A stretch of 64,000 nt of DNA from Bacteroidota bacterium (GCA_023395395.1 JAEWZH010000018.1:13187-77186); one strand, 5' to 3'; numbered from the stretch's first letter, positions 9,933 through 21,071 are shown. Notes: a model not told the origin generated them from the sequence alone. A program made the numbers and translations.

Positions 9933-10640
9933 ATGTGGTTAACTAAATCCTCTATTGGCAGGAAAGTAGTGATGAGTCTATCTGGGCTCTTCTTGATTAT
10001 CTTCCTACTGTTTCATGCGACTATGAATCTAGTAGCGGTATTCTCGAAGTCTGGGTATGATATGATCACTGGATTTCTTGGCACGAATGCAATCGTGCAA
10101 TTTATGGTGCCTGTACTGGCACTAGGTGTAATTGTTCACGTGATTTATGCTGTAATTCTTACCCTTCAGAATCAGAGGGCACGTGGTAATGACAAGTACG
10201 ACAAGACAGGCAAGACAGGAGTGCAATGGGCGTCTAAGAATATGTTTGTTCTTGGATTGATTGTGTTCTTTGGCATTGTATGGCATCTTACCCATTTTTG
10301 GGCCAAAATGCAACTACGGGAGTGGAGTGGAGTAGAGCCGGAGAATGGTTTTGACCTAATCATGGTACAATTCTCCAACCCAATTGTCATAGTGCTTTAC
10401 CTAATCTGGTTTTGTGCCATTTGGTACCACTTGACTCATGGATTTTGGAGTGCGTTCCAGACTATGGGTTGGAGCAATACTACTTGGTACAAGCGCTTAC
10501 ACATACTAGGTGTGGTAGTGGCTACTTTGATCTGCTTGATGTTTGCATTTACTGCGGTCGCTTTCTACCTATTCCCTGAGACTGTTGGTACTATCTGGAC
10601 ACTTGGTCAGCATTCCGCCGAAGCTGTTGCTGCCATTTAA
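9933..10640 (+). CDS. sdhC: Succinate dehydrogenase/fumarate reductase cytochrome b subunit
   Basis: SSIGRKVVMSLSG start, hydrophobic helices with heme-ligand His residues, HGFWSAFQTMG. Confidence 0.92.
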   Translation: MWLTKSSIGRKVVMSLSGLFLIIFLLFHATMNLVAVFSKSGYDMITGFLGTNAIVQFMVPVLALGVIVHVIYAVILTLQNQRARGNDKYDKTGKTGVQWASKNMFVLGLIVFFGIVWHLTHFWAKMQLREWSGVEPENGFDLIMVQFSNPIVIVLYLIWFCAIWYHLTHGFWSAFQTMGWSNTTWYKRLHILGVVVATLICLMFAFTAVAFYLFPETVGTIWTLGQHSAEAVAAI

Positions 10641-10661
10641 TTACTAAAGAGTTAAGAGATT

Positions 10662-12602
10662 ATGATAAAGTTAGATGCCAAAATACCTAAAGGTCCACTA
10701 GCAGAAAAGTGGAGTAACTATAAGGCTTCTCAGAAGCTGGTAAACCCAGCTAATAAGCGTAAACTTGATGTGATTGTGGTGGGCACTGGACTTGCGGGGG
10801 CTTCTGCGGCCGCAACTTTGGCGGAACTCGGCTTCCATGTCGAGAACTTCTGCATCCAAGACTCTCCTCGCCGTGCACACTCTATTGCTGCACAGGGTGG
10901 AGTAAATGCTGCAAAGAATTATCAAAATGATGGAGACTCTGTGGGTCGCCTCTTCTATGATACTATAAAAGGTGGTGACTATCGTGCTCGTGAGGCCAAT
11001 GTGTATCGTTTAGCAGAGGTATCAAATGCAATTATCGATCAGTGTGTAGCGCAGGGGGTCCCATTTGCTCGTGAGTATGGTGGTACACTTGCCAATCGTT
11101 CTTTTGGTGGTGCTCAGGTATCTCGCACCTTCTATTCTCGTGGTATTACCGGTCAGCAGCTCCTGCTTGGCGCATACTCTGCACTGTCCCGCATGGTGGG
11201 TCTCGGGAAGGTAAACCTACATACACGTCATGAGATGGTAAATCTCGTAAAGATTGATGGGCGTGCGAGGGGTATTATTGTTCGCAATCTTGTGACGGGT
11301 AAGCTCGAGCGCTACTCTGCCCACGCTGTAGTGATTGCCACTGGTGGTTATGGCAATACCTTCTTCCTTAGCTCCAATGCGATGGAGTGTAATGGCTCTG
11401 CTGCTTGGCAGTGTTACAAGAAGGGTGCAGCATTTGGCAATCCATGTATGGCTCAGATTCACCCCACATGTATCCCACAACACGGTGATTTTCAGAGTAA
11501 GCTGACATTGATGTCAGAGTCTCTTCGCAATGATGGTCGCATCTGGGTTCCCAAAAAACTTGAGGATGCTCAGGCAATCCGTGCTGGAAAGCTCAAGCCA
11601 ACTCAGATTAAGGAGGAGGATCGTGATTACTATCTAGAGCGTAGATATCCAGCTTTTGGTAATCTTGTACCTCGTGACGTTGCATCTCGTGCTGCAAAAG
11701 AGCGTTGTGATGCAGGCTATGGTGTAGGTACAGGTAATGCTGTCTACCTAGATTTTGCGGAACCAATCCAGCGCCTGGGGCTCAAGGTGGTAGCAGAGCG
11801 CTACGGAAACCTCTTCCAGATGTACGAGAAGATCACTGCAGATAATCCATACGAAACTCCTATGATGATCTTCCCTGCAATTCACTATACGATGGGTGGT
11901 ATTTGGGTAGACTACGAATTGCAAACTACTATCCCTGGTCTATTTGCAATCGGAGAGGCCAACTTCTCAGATCATGGTGCTAATCGTCTTGGCGCTTCTG
12001 CTCTGATGCAGGGTCTTGCTGATGGCTACTTTGTCATCCCTTATACTATCCAGAATTATCTAGCAGATCAGATCCAGGTGCCACGCTTTAGCACTGACCT
12101 CCCAGAGTTTGAAGCTTCAGAAAAGGAGGTTATGGATCGTATCAATAAATTGATGAACATCAAGGGCAAGCAGTCAGTAGACGACCTACATAAGAAGTTG
12201 GGTGCCATAATGTGGGACTACGTGGGTATGGGACGTGACGAAGCTGGTCTCAAAAAGGCTATTGAGATGATTGCCCAGATCAAGAAAGAATTCTGGAGTG
12301 ACGTATATATCCCAGGTGAGGCTATCGATCTCAATATAGAGCTAGAAAAGGCTCTCCGTCTTGCAGACTTTATCGAGATTGGTGAGTTGATGGCACACGA
12401 TGCACTTGATCGCAAGGAGTCTTGTGGTGGTCACTTCCGTGTGGAGTATCAAACAGAGGAGGGAGAGGCACTTCGTGATGATGAAAACTTTGCCTATGTT
12501 TCTTGCTGGGAATACCAAGGCGAAGACAAGGCACCCGTAATGCACAAGGAACCTCTCGACTATGAGTTTGTTGTCCGCGCTCAGAGAAATTACAAGTCTT
12601 AA
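10662..12602 (+). CDS. sdhA: Succinate dehydrogenase/fumarate reductase flavoprotein subunit
   Basis: [33 protein letters not shown]. Confidence 0.95.
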   Translation: MIKLDAKIPKGPLAEKWSNYKASQKLVNPANKRKLDVIVVGTGLAGASAAATLAELGFHVENFCIQDSPRRAHSIAAQGGVNAAKNYQNDGDSVGRLFYDTIKGGDYRAREANVYRLAEVSNAIIDQCVAQGVPFAREYGGTLANRSFGGAQVSRTFYSRGITGQQLLLGAYSALSRMVGLGKVNLHTRHEMVNLVKIDGRARGIIVRNLVTGKLERYSAHAVVIATGGYGNTFFLSSNAMECNGSAAWQCYKKGAAFGNPCMAQIHPTCIPQHGDFQSKLTLMSESLRNDGRIWVPKKLEDAQAIRAGKLKPTQIKEEDRDYYLERRYPAFGNLVPRDVASRAAKERCDAGYGVGTGNAVYLDFAEPIQRLGLKVVAERYGNLFQMYEKITADNPYETPMMIFPAIHYTMGGIWVDYELQTTIPGLFAIGEANFSDHGANRLGASALMQGLADGYFVIPYTIQNYLADQIQVPRFSTDLPEFEASEKEVMDRINKLMNIKGKQSVDDLHKKLGAIMWDYVGMGRDEAGLKKAIEMIAQIKKEFWSDVYIPGEAIDLNIELEKALRLADFIEIGELMAHDALDRKESCGGHFRVEYQTEEGEALRDDENFAYVSCWEYQGEDKAPVMHKEPLDYEFVVRAQRNYKS

Positions 12603-12633
12603 TAACCCCTTTTGAAATTAGACACGATAAGTT

Positions 12634-13389
12634 ATGGATAAAGACATTAATATAAAGGTCAGAGTCTGGAGGCAAAGGAGTGCTAAGGAGAAAGGGCACT
12701 TTGAGACCTATGAGCTGAAAAATATCTCACAGGGCAGCTCATTCCTCGAGATGATGGACGTGCTGAATAATCAGTTGATTCACGAGCGTAAGGAACCTAT
12801 CGCATTTGATCATGATTGTCGCGAGGGTATTTGCGGGATGTGTTCACTCTATATCAACGGGCACCCACATGGTCCAGATTCACTGGTAACCACCTGTCAG
12901 TTGCATATGCGCACATTTAATGACGGAGATACGATTACTATTGAGCCTTGGCGCTCTGCCGGATTCCCGGTGATTCGCGACCTGATGGTAGATCGTAGTG
13001 CATTTGATAAAATACAGCAGGCTGGTGGTTTTGTGAGTGTAAATACTGGTAGTGCACCTGACGGTAACGTAATCCCAATTCCTCATGATGTAGCGGAGAT
13101 GGCTATTGATGCAGCATCATGTATCGGTTGTGGCGCTTGTGTCGCTGCTTGTAAAAATGGTTCTGCCATGCTCTTTGTTGGGGCAAAGGTTAGCCAATTT
13201 GCTTTACTTCCACAAGGTCGTCCAGAGGCGGCAAGGCGAGCCAAGGCTATGGTCGCAAAAATGGATGAACTTGGTTTTGGAAACTGTACCAATACCCGAG
13301 CTTGTGAGTTAGAATGTCCTAAGGGCATTTCTGTTTCCAACATCGCTCGTATGAACCGTGAGTTTATCAAAGCAAAGATTAAAGACTAA
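12634..13389 (+). CDS. sdhB: Succinate dehydrogenase/fumarate reductase iron-sulfur subunit
   Basis: [31 protein letters not shown]. Confidence 0.95.
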   Translation: MDKDINIKVRVWRQRSAKEKGHFETYELKNISQGSSFLEMMDVLNNQLIHERKEPIAFDHDCREGICGMCSLYINGHPHGPDSLVTTCQLHMRTFNDGDTITIEPWRSAGFPVIRDLMVDRSAFDKIQQAGGFVSVNTGSAPDGNVIPIPHDVAEMAIDAASCIGCGACVAACKNGSAMLFVGAKVSQFALLPQGRPEAARRAKAMVAKMDELGFGNCTNTRACELECPKGISVSNIARMNREFIKAKIKD

Positions 13390-13409
13390 TTGATTTCATT
13401 TAATCACTC

Positions 13410-13447
13410 AAAAAGCAGCTACGTACAGGTCTACGTAGCTGCTTTTT
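13410..13447 (+). terminator. Intrinsic terminator after sdhB
   Basis: AAAAAGCAGCTACGTA / TACGTAGCTGCTTTTT. Confidence 0.85.
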
Positions 13448-13536
13448 CTATCAGTAAGAGGTGGAACTATAGCTTAAATTTAGTTACCTTTGTGGAGTTA
13501 TACTGGAGACAATATACTAGACAGCGAAGATCAAGT

Positions 13537-13887
13537 ATGCTATTGAACATGATGAAGTCCAAGATCCACCGTGTGCGGGTCACTGATGCCAACCTTAACT
13601 ATGTGGGAAGCATCACCATAGATGTGGATTTAATGGAAGCTGCGCACCTACTACCAAATGAAAAGGTACAGGTGGTTAATAATAACAATGGGGCGAGGAT
13701 AGAGACCTATGTCATTGAGGGAGAGCGAGGGAGTGGGACTATTTGCCTCAATGGTGCAGCTGCTAGACACTTTCAACCTGATGATATTGTGCTGATTATC
13801 TCGTATGCAATGATGAGTGAGGAGGAAGCAAAGACACATCAACCGGTTGTGATATTTCCCAATTCTGAAACAAACAAACTCGTATAA
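13537..13887 (+). CDS. panD: Aspartate 1-decarboxylase
   Basis: [14 protein letters not shown] self-cleavage site, NGAAAR; start moved to ATG 13537, downstream of TACCTTTG at 13485-13492. Confidence 0.95.
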   Translation: MLLNMMKSKIHRVRVTDANLNYVGSITIDVDLMEAAHLLPNEKVQVVNNNNGARIETYVIEGERGSGTICLNGAAARHFQPDDIVLIISYAMMSEEEAKTHQPVVIFPNSETNKLV

Positions 13888-13893
13888 TAAGCA

Positions 13894-15684
13894 ATGAAAT
13901 ACTTGACTATAGAGACGAAAGTGTCGGGGGCGTTGGCTTCGGTGCTTAGCCATCTGTATGGCGTAGAGAGTGCAGGACTTTTGGTAGGGTCTACAAAAAA
14001 GGAATTTGTTGGAGATTATACTTTTGTGGTATTTCCATACCTGAAACAGAGTCGAAAGAGTCCCGAAGCTACGGCTACAGAGATTGGAGAAGCATTGTTA
14101 AAAGAATCTCCATCGTTAGTCAAGGGCTTTAATGTGGTTAAGGGCTTTCTCAATATTGAACTACAGGAGACTCTATTTGTAGAGCAACTTTGGGAGATGA
14201 CAGAAACGGAAAACTATGGTTTTGACCCACAGACTGACAATGCACCCCTTTATATGGTGGAGTACTCCTCTCCCAACACAAACAAACCCTTGCACTTAGG
14301 GCATATTAGAAATAATCTACTTGGCTATAGCATCTCTAAAATATTAGAGGCTAATGGCAAACGAGTAGTCAAGACCAACATTGTCAATGATCGCGGCATT
14401 CACATCTGCAAGTCTATGCTAGCTTGGAAGAAGTGGGGAAAAGGTGAAACTCCCGAAAGCACTGGTTTAAAAGGAGATCATCTGATAGGAGACTTCTATG
14501 TACTGTTTGACAAGCACTACAAAGCCGAGCTAAAGGAGCTGGAAACAAAAGGTTTGTCAGCTGATGAAGCAGAGAAGCAAAGTACTTTGATGCAAGAAGC
14601 TCGTGCAATGCTTAAGAAGTGGGAACAGGGCGATGAGGAGATTCGCTCAATGTGGAGGATGATGAATGAATGGGTCTATGCTGGATTTGATGAAACTTAT
14701 AAGCGTCTTGGGGTAGACTTTGACAAAATTTATTATGAAAGCGATACCTACCTCGTTGGTAGAGAAGAGGTCCTTCGAGGTCTCAAAGAGGGTCTCTTCG
14801 TGAAAGATGAGGATGGTTCTGTATGGGCAGATCTGACATCAGAGGGATATGATCGCAAGATTTTGCTCCGAGCCGATGGTACTTCCGTATATATCACACA
14901 AGACATCGGCACAGCCAAGCTTCGTTTCCAGGACTACCCTATTGATCAGATGATCTACGTGGTAGGAAACGAACAAGATTATCACTTTCAGGTTCTCTCC
15001 ATTATCCTTGACAAATTAGGCTATTCTTTTGGTAAAGATTTGAGACATTTCTCCTATGGAATGGTTGAATTACCAGAAGGAAAAATGAAGAGCCGCGAAG
15101 GGACTGTCGTGGATGCTGACGATCTGATGGATAAAATGATAGAGACCGCAATTGAAGCCTCCGAAGGACAAGGAAGGGCCGTGGAGATGAGCGACGAGGA
15201 ACGTAAGGAAATGGCTCGCCGTGTCGGACTCGGAGCATTGAAGTATTTCCTGCTGAAGGTGGAGCCTCGTAAGAATATGCTCTTTGATCCTAAGGAGTCT
15301 ATTGACTTCAATGGAAATACGGGACCATTTATCCAATATACTTACGCTCGTATCCAAAGTATCCTCCGAAAAGCGGAGGGCATCGATTTCTTGAATAGAA
15401 AGAGGGATGCTAGAATGGAGGATAAGGAGATTGCTCTCGTTAAAAGGCTTAATGAGTTTGGAAGTGTCGTAAGGCAGGCTGGAACTGAACTCAATCCTGG
15501 AGCATTGGCTAATTATGCATATGATTTAGGGAAAGAATTTAATCAATTCTACCACGACTATTCTATCCTTAATGAAACTGATGAAGCTATTAAGTGTCAC
15601 CGATTGAGGCTTGCTTACCTTACTAGCGAAGTACTGAAAAAAGCTGTTGGTCTATTGGGTATTGAAATGCCTGAGAGAATGTAA
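13894..15684 (+). CDS. argS: Arginine--tRNA ligase
   Basis: EYSSPNTNKPLHLGH (HIGH-like), KMKSREG, QYTYAR, C-terminal MPERM. Confidence 0.95.
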   Translation: MKYLTIETKVSGALASVLSHLYGVESAGLLVGSTKKEFVGDYTFVVFPYLKQSRKSPEATATEIGEALLKESPSLVKGFNVVKGFLNIELQETLFVEQLWEMTETENYGFDPQTDNAPLYMVEYSSPNTNKPLHLGHIRNNLLGYSISKILEANGKRVVKTNIVNDRGIHICKSMLAWKKWGKGETPESTGLKGDHLIGDFYVLFDKHYKAELKELETKGLSADEAEKQSTLMQEARAMLKKWEQGDEEIRSMWRMMNEWVYAGFDETYKRLGVDFDKIYYESDTYLVGREEVLRGLKEGLFVKDEDGSVWADLTSEGYDRKILLRADGTSVYITQDIGTAKLRFQDYPIDQMIYVVGNEQDYHFQVLSIILDKLGYSFGKDLRHFSYGMVELPEGKMKSREGTVVDADDLMDKMIETAIEASEGQGRAVEMSDEERKEMARRVGLGALKYFLLKVEPRKNMLFDPKESIDFNGNTGPFIQYTYARIQSILRKAEGIDFLNRKRDARMEDKEIALVKRLNEFGSVVRQAGTELNPGALANYAYDLGKEFNQFYHDYSILNETDEAIKCHRLRLAYLTSEVLKKAVGLLGIEMPERM

Positions 15685-15688
15685 GAGT

Positions 15689-16117
15689 ATGGATGAGAAG
15701 CAGAGGAAAATAGATTGGCGCTATCTAAGGATGGCAGAGATTTGGGCAGAAAACTCCTATTGCAAGAGGTTGCAAGTAGGGGCGCTAATCGTGAAGGACA
15801 AGATGATTATATCAGATGGGTACAATGGAACTCCATCTGGGTTTGAGAATTGCTGTGAGGATGGAGAGAATAAGACCTATCCTTATGTCCTTCATGCAGA
15901 GGCAAATGCTATTACAAAAGTGGCTGCCAGCAATAATAATAGTACAGGTGCGACTATTTATGTGACACACGCTCCTTGTATGGAATGCTCAAAACTGATA
16001 ATACAAGCAGGGATTAAGAGAGTAGTGTATTCGGAAACTTATCGCCTTACTGAGGGAGTAGATCTCCTCAAGCAGGCTGGTATTGAGGTGGATTATTTAC
16101 CAATCAAGGAGAAGTAA
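15689..16117 (+). CDS. dCMP deaminase (ComEB-like)
   Basis: GYNG, HAEANAI, PCMEC zinc motif; start placed at ATG 15689. Confidence 0.9.
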   Translation: MDEKQRKIDWRYLRMAEIWAENSYCKRLQVGALIVKDKMIISDGYNGTPSGFENCCEDGENKTYPYVLHAEANAITKVAASNNNSTGATIYVTHAPCMECSKLIIQAGIKRVVYSETYRLTEGVDLLKQAGIEVDYLPIKEK

Positions 16118-16119
16118 AG

Positions 16120-17784
16120 ATGGGCAAAAAGGTGGTTCGGGGCATTTTTGTCGCGATGTTATTTATTTTGGCTCTTGTTGGAGGGTATTTCTTTGGGCAA
16201 AGACAGAGTCTGAAGAATCCTCTCTTGCGATCTGTTACACCGATGGATAAGCTGAAAGCGACATTACAGATGATTGACGAAAACTATGTGGACAGTGTCA
16301 ATATAGACGATTTGATCAAACAGCTAATCCCAACACTTATTAGCCAGCTCGATCCACACTCTACTTACCTGACAGCAGAAGAACGCGCATCGGAGCAAGA
16401 AACTATGGATGGGTTCTTCTATGGGGTAGGCATATCGTTTAATACAATCTTAGATACTGCGGTTGTTATACAGACCGTTCCTAATGGGCCCTCCGATATT
16501 GCAGGGATAAAGGCAGGAGATAGGATCGTGACAATTGATGGAATTGATACAACAGGAGAACTCTTTACTCCTGATTCTATTCGATCTTTGCTTAAAGGAA
16601 AGGATGGTAGTATCGTAACCCTTGGAATCCGCCCTTACAATACCACCGAAATTTCTGAAGTTCAGGTGAAGCGTGGAGTCGTCAATACGAGCAATGTAGA
16701 TGCTACTTTTATGGTCAATGATTCTTTAGGGTTCGTACGACTTAATGGCTTCTCTGTCTCGACCCATGATGATTTTATGCAATCGGTGGCAAAGCTTCGC
16801 AATAGTGGTGCTAAAGGGCTGATACTGGACTTAAGGGATAATCCTGGTGGTCTGGTGCAATCTGCTTTATTGATTGCCAATGAAATGCTACCCAAAGGTA
16901 GTCTGATTATTTATTCAGAAGGGGCGCACAAGAAGCGTAGCGATGTCTTTAGCGATGGGACTGGAACCTTGATAGGATTCCCTGTATATGTACTCATTAA
17001 TGAACTATCCGCCTCCTCTTCTGAGATAGTTAGCGGAGCATTTCAGGATAATGATGTTGCCATTTTGATAGGTCGTAGGAGCTTTGGAAAGGGGTTGATG
17101 CAGCAACCATTTGAGTATTACGATGGTTCGTCTGTTCATCTTACCATCGCCCGATACCACACAGCTTCTGGAAGGTCTATTCAGAGGGATTACAAACTAG
17201 GGGGAGACGAAGCTTATACCCACGATTGGATCGATAGAGTCACGAGTGGAGAGATGTTTTCGGCAGATAGTGTCAAACTCAATCCCAATTTACTTTATAA
17301 AACACAAGGAGGTCGTACTGTCCACGGAGGTGGCGGTATTATGCCCGACATATATGTACCGCGAGATACTCTAGGATTGACAAGCTACTATGCTGAGGTA
17401 CTCAATAGGGGGTTAGTCCATGAGTTCTCCTTTCTATATGCCGATAAATACCGCAACTTACTTACACGGATTGGTAGCATTGATGAAGTGTATAGGTTCT
17501 TAGATAATCAGGGGTTGGTATGGCAGCTTGCGAATTATGCCCAGAAAAAGGGGGTAGTCCCACGTAACTACTTAATTGCCCAGTCACAAAGGCAGCTAAA
17601 CATTGTTATGTTTCCTCTCATTGTTGATTATCTCTTCGGGAATGACAGCTCTTGGAAGGTCAGAAGCTTTGAAGATCCGATGATTAAAAAAGCTGAAGAG
17701 CTCTTCTCACGAGGTATCTACTTCCCCCTCAGTATCCCTAAAGATTATAAATCAGTGCCAGATTCATTACTTGTGACTCAATGA
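16120..17784 (+). CDS. S41 family carboxy-terminal processing protease
   Basis: N-terminal TM segment, LDPHS, PDZ domain, DLRDNPGG, SASSSE, FGKG. Confidence 0.9.
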   Translation: MGKKVVRGIFVAMLFILALVGGYFFGQRQSLKNPLLRSVTPMDKLKATLQMIDENYVDSVNIDDLIKQLIPTLISQLDPHSTYLTAEERASEQETMDGFFYGVGISFNTILDTAVVIQTVPNGPSDIAGIKAGDRIVTIDGIDTTGELFTPDSIRSLLKGKDGSIVTLGIRPYNTTEISEVQVKRGVVNTSNVDATFMVNDSLGFVRLNGFSVSTHDDFMQSVAKLRNSGAKGLILDLRDNPGGLVQSALLIANEMLPKGSLIIYSEGAHKKRSDVFSDGTGTLIGFPVYVLINELSASSSEIVSGAFQDNDVAILIGRRSFGKGLMQQPFEYYDGSSVHLTIARYHTASGRSIQRDYKLGGDEAYTHDWIDRVTSGEMFSADSVKLNPNLLYKTQGGRTVHGGGGIMPDIYVPRDTLGLTSYYAEVLNRGLVHEFSFLYADKYRNLLTRIGSIDEVYRFLDNQGLVWQLANYAQKKGVVPRNYLIAQSQRQLNIVMFPLIVDYLFGNDSSWKVRSFEDPMIKKAEELFSRGIYFPLSIPKDYKSVPDSLLVTQ

Positions 17785-18347
17785 TGGAGAAGAAAGAGAT
17801 GCGAAAACTGGTTAAAGGGCAAATTAAGACAATATTACCTGAACAAAGGATAGCCCTTTCAAAAATCATATCTGAAAAAGTTTTCGACAGACTCAAAGAC
17901 ATACCTGCTACTAAGGTTGCTTTATTTTTGAGTATGAGTGACGAGGTAGATACATCTCATCTTATACATCTGCTTATAAAGCAAGGAAAGCATACGGTAT
18001 TAGTACCTCGCGTTGAAGACGATACGACAATCAACTTCTACAAACTGGGGAATATCGAAGAGTACGATACATCTGGTTTTGGAATCAAAGAGCCTACCGA
18101 TGATATTAGTGAAGCACTGGTTCCTGAGGTGATGATAGTCCCTGGTGTGGCGTTTGATCTCTATGGGGGTAGATTAGGACGGGGGCGAGGGTACTATGAT
18201 AGGTATTTCAAAAGATTTTCAGAAGTAATCAAGCTACGATTGGCCATTGCTTATCAACTTCAGGTAATGGTCAATCACCTCCCAATGGAACCGTTTGACC
18301 AACGGATGGATATGCTCCTTACCGAGGAGAATAGCTATACGTTCTGA
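17781..18347 (+). CDS. 5-formyltetrahydrofolate cyclo-ligase
   Basis: VPGVAFD..GGRLGRGRGYYDR. Confidence 0.9.
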   Translation: MMEKKEMRKLVKGQIKTILPEQRIALSKIISEKVFDRLKDIPATKVALFLSMSDEVDTSHLIHLLIKQGKHTVLVPRVEDDTTINFYKLGNIEEYDTSGFGIKEPTDDISEALVPEVMIVPGVAFDLYGGRLGRGRGYYDRYFKRFSEVIKLRLAIAYQLQVMVNHLPMEPFDQRMDMLLTEENSYTF

Positions 18348-18650
18348 TTACTTGATGATAATCTCAAGAGACACAAATTGGTGAGCGACCATAAATTCCT
18401 TTAAGGAAGACTCAATAATGTCCCTTCTCTGTCGGACGTACGTAAGTGCGACAGAGGAGGGACAAACTATTTGTATCACCCTCTCTTGAGTAATCTGATG
18501 GGTAACTTTTAGCTTTTGTAGGGTAGGGTCAGGGATAGCCCCCCAGAGTGTTGCTAGTTCTTTATATTGACCTGCGAGCTCCAGCGTACCCAATTCTTTT
18601 CGTTTTTCTACTAGAAGTACACCTATCTTTTTGGTTTTATAGTGTCTCAT
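18348..18650 (-). CDS. DUF721/DciA-like protein
   Basis: About 100 aa, overlaps the recF stop (typical recF-DUF721 linkage); W...SS...L pattern; start taken at MRHYKTKK. Confidence 0.55.
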   Translation of the reverse strand: MRHYKTKKIGVLLVEKRKELGTLELAGQYKELATLWGAIPDPTLQKLKVTHQITQERVIQIVCPSSVALTYVRQRRDIIESSLKEFMVAHQFVSLEIIIK

Positions 18651-19770
18651 TGCCTGTAATATCTGTGAAGACACCATCAATTGCACTGAAAATACTGTAC
18701 AACCCTTTCGGCTGTCTTTGGAGTATCTTGTCGAGATATTTCCTGTTGGTATCACTCATGAATATTTGTCCAAATTGATCACCACTCAAGAGGTCTACAA
18801 TACGTTCTACCCGACTCTCATCCAATTTGTCAAAGACATCGTCCAAAAGTAATATAGGCAGATTGTTTGGGAAGAGCTGGCAAAGCAGATTGTACTGAGC
18901 TAATTTTAATGCTATCATATAGCTCTTATTTTGTCCCTGCGAACCGATTTTTCGGATGAGATAATCTCCGATAAGCATCTCTATATCGTCTCTATGCGGA
19001 CCAATTCTAGTAAAACCACAAGCTAAATCGCCCTGTAGTCCAGTCTGCCATGCTTGCAGGAAATCCTCAGAAGTGGGGCAATCTATTTCAATTGAAGAGA
19101 GATAGCGCAGGTGCACCTCCTCATTGTCATTTGTAATAGCGCTGTAGTAGTGATGGAATAGGGGGCTAATCCTCTCTATCCACTCTTTTCTTCGCTTCGA
19201 CATACGCTCCGCTTCCATTGCCATTTGTTGGTTGATTATTTCAAGCAATGAGAGATCTAGGCTCATTTCTTGCTTTAGCAATTTGTTGCGTTGCTCCACG
19301 AGCGACTTATAGTTCTTTGCGATAGTCATATACGCAGATGACTCTTGACAAAGAATTTGATCCATAAAGCTTCTACGCTCAGAGCTACCTCCTTTTATCA
19401 GATCCATATCACTCGGAGCAATCATCACGAGGGGAAATAGCCCAATATGGTCGGTCATGCGGGAGTACTCTTTTTTATTTCGTTTTAGGGTCTTATTATG
19501 CCCCTGCTGAAGCCCAAAGAATACTTGCTCCATTTCTCCATTCACCGTATAGTCTCCTGATACAATCGCCATATCCTCGCCATGACGTATAACCATAGAA
19601 TCGGGGATAGCTTGATTGCTACGCGTAAACGAGAGATAATAGATACTGTCCAGCAAGTTGGTCTTGCCCATTCCATTAGCTCCGATGACGCAATTAAACT
19701 TATCGGAAAAATCAAGATTTGCGAGTGCAATATTCTTGTAATTAGTGAGCGAGAGATGCTTAAGTATCAT
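18637..19770 (-). CDS. recF: DNA replication/repair protein RecF
   Basis: GANGMGKTN, ERRSFMD, GPHRDD, GSQGQ, LLLDD. Confidence 0.95.
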   Translation of the reverse strand: MILKHLSLTNYKNIALANLDFSDKFNCVIGANGMGKTNLLDSIYYLSFTRSNQAIPDSMVIRHGEDMAIVSGDYTVNGEMEQVFFGLQQGHNKTLKRNKKEYSRMTDHIGLFPLVMIAPSDMDLIKGGSSERRSFMDQILCQESSAYMTIAKNYKSLVEQRNKLLKQEMSLDLSLLEIINQQMAMEAERMSKRRKEWIERISPLFHHYYSAITNDNEEVHLRYLSSIEIDCPTSEDFLQAWQTGLQGDLACGFTRIGPHRDDIEMLIGDYLIRKIGSQGQNKSYMIALKLAQYNLLCQLFPNNLPILLLDDVFDKLDESRVERIVDLLSGDQFGQIFMSDTNRKYLDKILQRQPKGLYSIFSAIDGVFTDITGNETL

Positions 19771-20378
19771 CAGATGCCAGCTACAATCCTAGAGATATTC
19801 TCAATAAAGATATTTACAGAGATTGCGATTAATATTGCGCCAAAGAATTTTCGGAGTACATACACGCCACCTTGACCAAAAAAACGCTCCACCCAATTGA
19901 TATTCTTAAGCACAAAGTAGACCACTACCATGTTGAGCAGCGTAGCAATCACAATATTTATCATGGCTGCAGTGGAAGTAAAGGTCAGCAAGGTCGTGAA
20001 GGATGCTGCACCAGCAATCAACGGAAATACGAGCGGCACAAGGGTACTAGAACCTCCTGGTGCATCATTTCTAAATATTTCCACCCCAAATATCATCTCT
20101 ACTGCTAATAGGAAGAGAATGATGGCACCTCCAGCTGCAAAGCTTTCCCTAGTCACCCCAAGAAAACTGAGTACTAATTCCCCAAAAAATAAAAAAGCAA
20201 TTAGTATCAGAGCCGAGAAAAGAACAGTTTTGAAAGGCTCTATCTTTTGCCCCGACTGCTTTAGATTGATAATAATAGGGATAGCGCCGATAATATCGAT
20301 GACTACAAAAAGGCTGGAGAAGACCTTGCCAATCTCCGTGAAACTAATACTTTGAAATATTTCTGTTACCCAATCCAT
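19770..20378 (-). CDS. MarC family membrane protein
   Basis: Six TM segments, DIIGAIP, VPLVFPLIAG, RKFFG. Confidence 0.85.
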   Translation of the reverse strand: MDWVTEIFQSISFTEIGKVFSSLFVVIDIIGAIPIIINLKQSGQKIEPFKTVLFSALILIAFLFFGELVLSFLGVTRESFAAGGAIILFLLAVEMIFGVEIFRNDAPGGSSTLVPLVFPLIAGAASFTTLLTFTSTAAMINIVIATLLNMVVVYFVLKNINWVERFFGQGGVYVLRKFFGAILIAISVNIFIENISRIVAGI

Positions 20379-20454
20379 GCTCTTTAACTCTTATTGCTTA
20401 TTACTTTACGATTCGTAAATCTGTCAAATAATCTCTCCAAGTTGATGATGAGAT

Positions 20455-20492
20455 AAAAAATACTAGTCTGGGAATAACACCCGAGACTAGTA
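20455..20492 (-). terminator. tmRNA terminator
   Basis: TACTAGTCT / AGACTAGTA stem with A6 on the left (U-tract on the minus strand). Confidence 0.75.
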
Positions 20493-20503
20493 CTTTGTTA
20501 CAA

Positions 20504-20909
20504 GGTGGAGATGGAGGGAGTCGAACCCTCGTCCAAACACGGAACTAATCCGCTTTCTACACGTTTAGCTTTGTTTTGGTTGTCGGCGAGCAGGTTTGAC
20601 CAAAGCTATCCTCCTACTCACTTAGTCCTTTGAATGTCGTCGGAGGTGAGGGACACACCTCCAACCCTTCCCGATATTACGGCACCACTATATCCGACCA
20701 CCTCGGGTTCACGGTATCGGAGTGATGTCTCGTCGCGAGCTTAAGCTCAAGCGAAAGAGCAGTAATCTACTAAACTTCGATTACGCTGCGAGAGCGTAGT
20801 TATTACTTTCGCCACTTAAAAGTGTTGATGTCTGAGATTAAAGTGCCAAACAACGACGCACTACGTGCTTACGAACCACCTCTACATGCTGTCAATACCA
20901 GTCATCCCC
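20504..20909 (-). ncRNA. ssrA: Transfer-messenger RNA
   Basis: 5' GGGGATGACTGGTATTGAC, 3' GAGGGTTCGACTCCCTCCATCTCCACC tRNA-Ala-like ends; internal tag ORF 20813-20781 encodes GESNNYALAA*; TATCTTTG -7 box at 20930-20923. Confidence 0.95.
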
Positions 20910-20951
20910 AGTGATTACGACACAAAGATACATATAAAGAATGAAAATCTC

Positions 20952-21071
20952 CTCTATAGAGGAGATTTCTTTGCTCTATAGAGGAGATCCTGTCGCTCTA
21001 TAGAGAGAATTCTGTCGCTCTATAGAGAGAATTCTGTCGCTCTATAGAGGAAATCCTGTCGCTCTACCGAG
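20952..21071. repeat. 22-bp-period CTCTATAGAG array B (6 units)
   Basis: Cores at 20952, 20974, 20996, 21018, 21040 (perfect) and 21062 (CTCTACCGAG). Confidence 0.95.

Noticed and set aside
13390..13536. N-terminal extensions in the ORF track (panD; also 35302, 58740, 60789, 54721)
   Set aside because: The extensions run across terminators, promoter boxes or the neighbouring gene; downstream ATGs fit the family starts.
20380..20504. Integrative element at the tmRNA 3' end
   Set aside because: No duplicated tmRNA 3' segment or integrase was seen; marC follows directly.
20952..21071. 22-bp arrays as CRISPR arrays
   Set aside because: The 10-bp repeat and 12-bp spacers are far too short, spacers are related to each other or duplicated, and there are no cas genes in the window.
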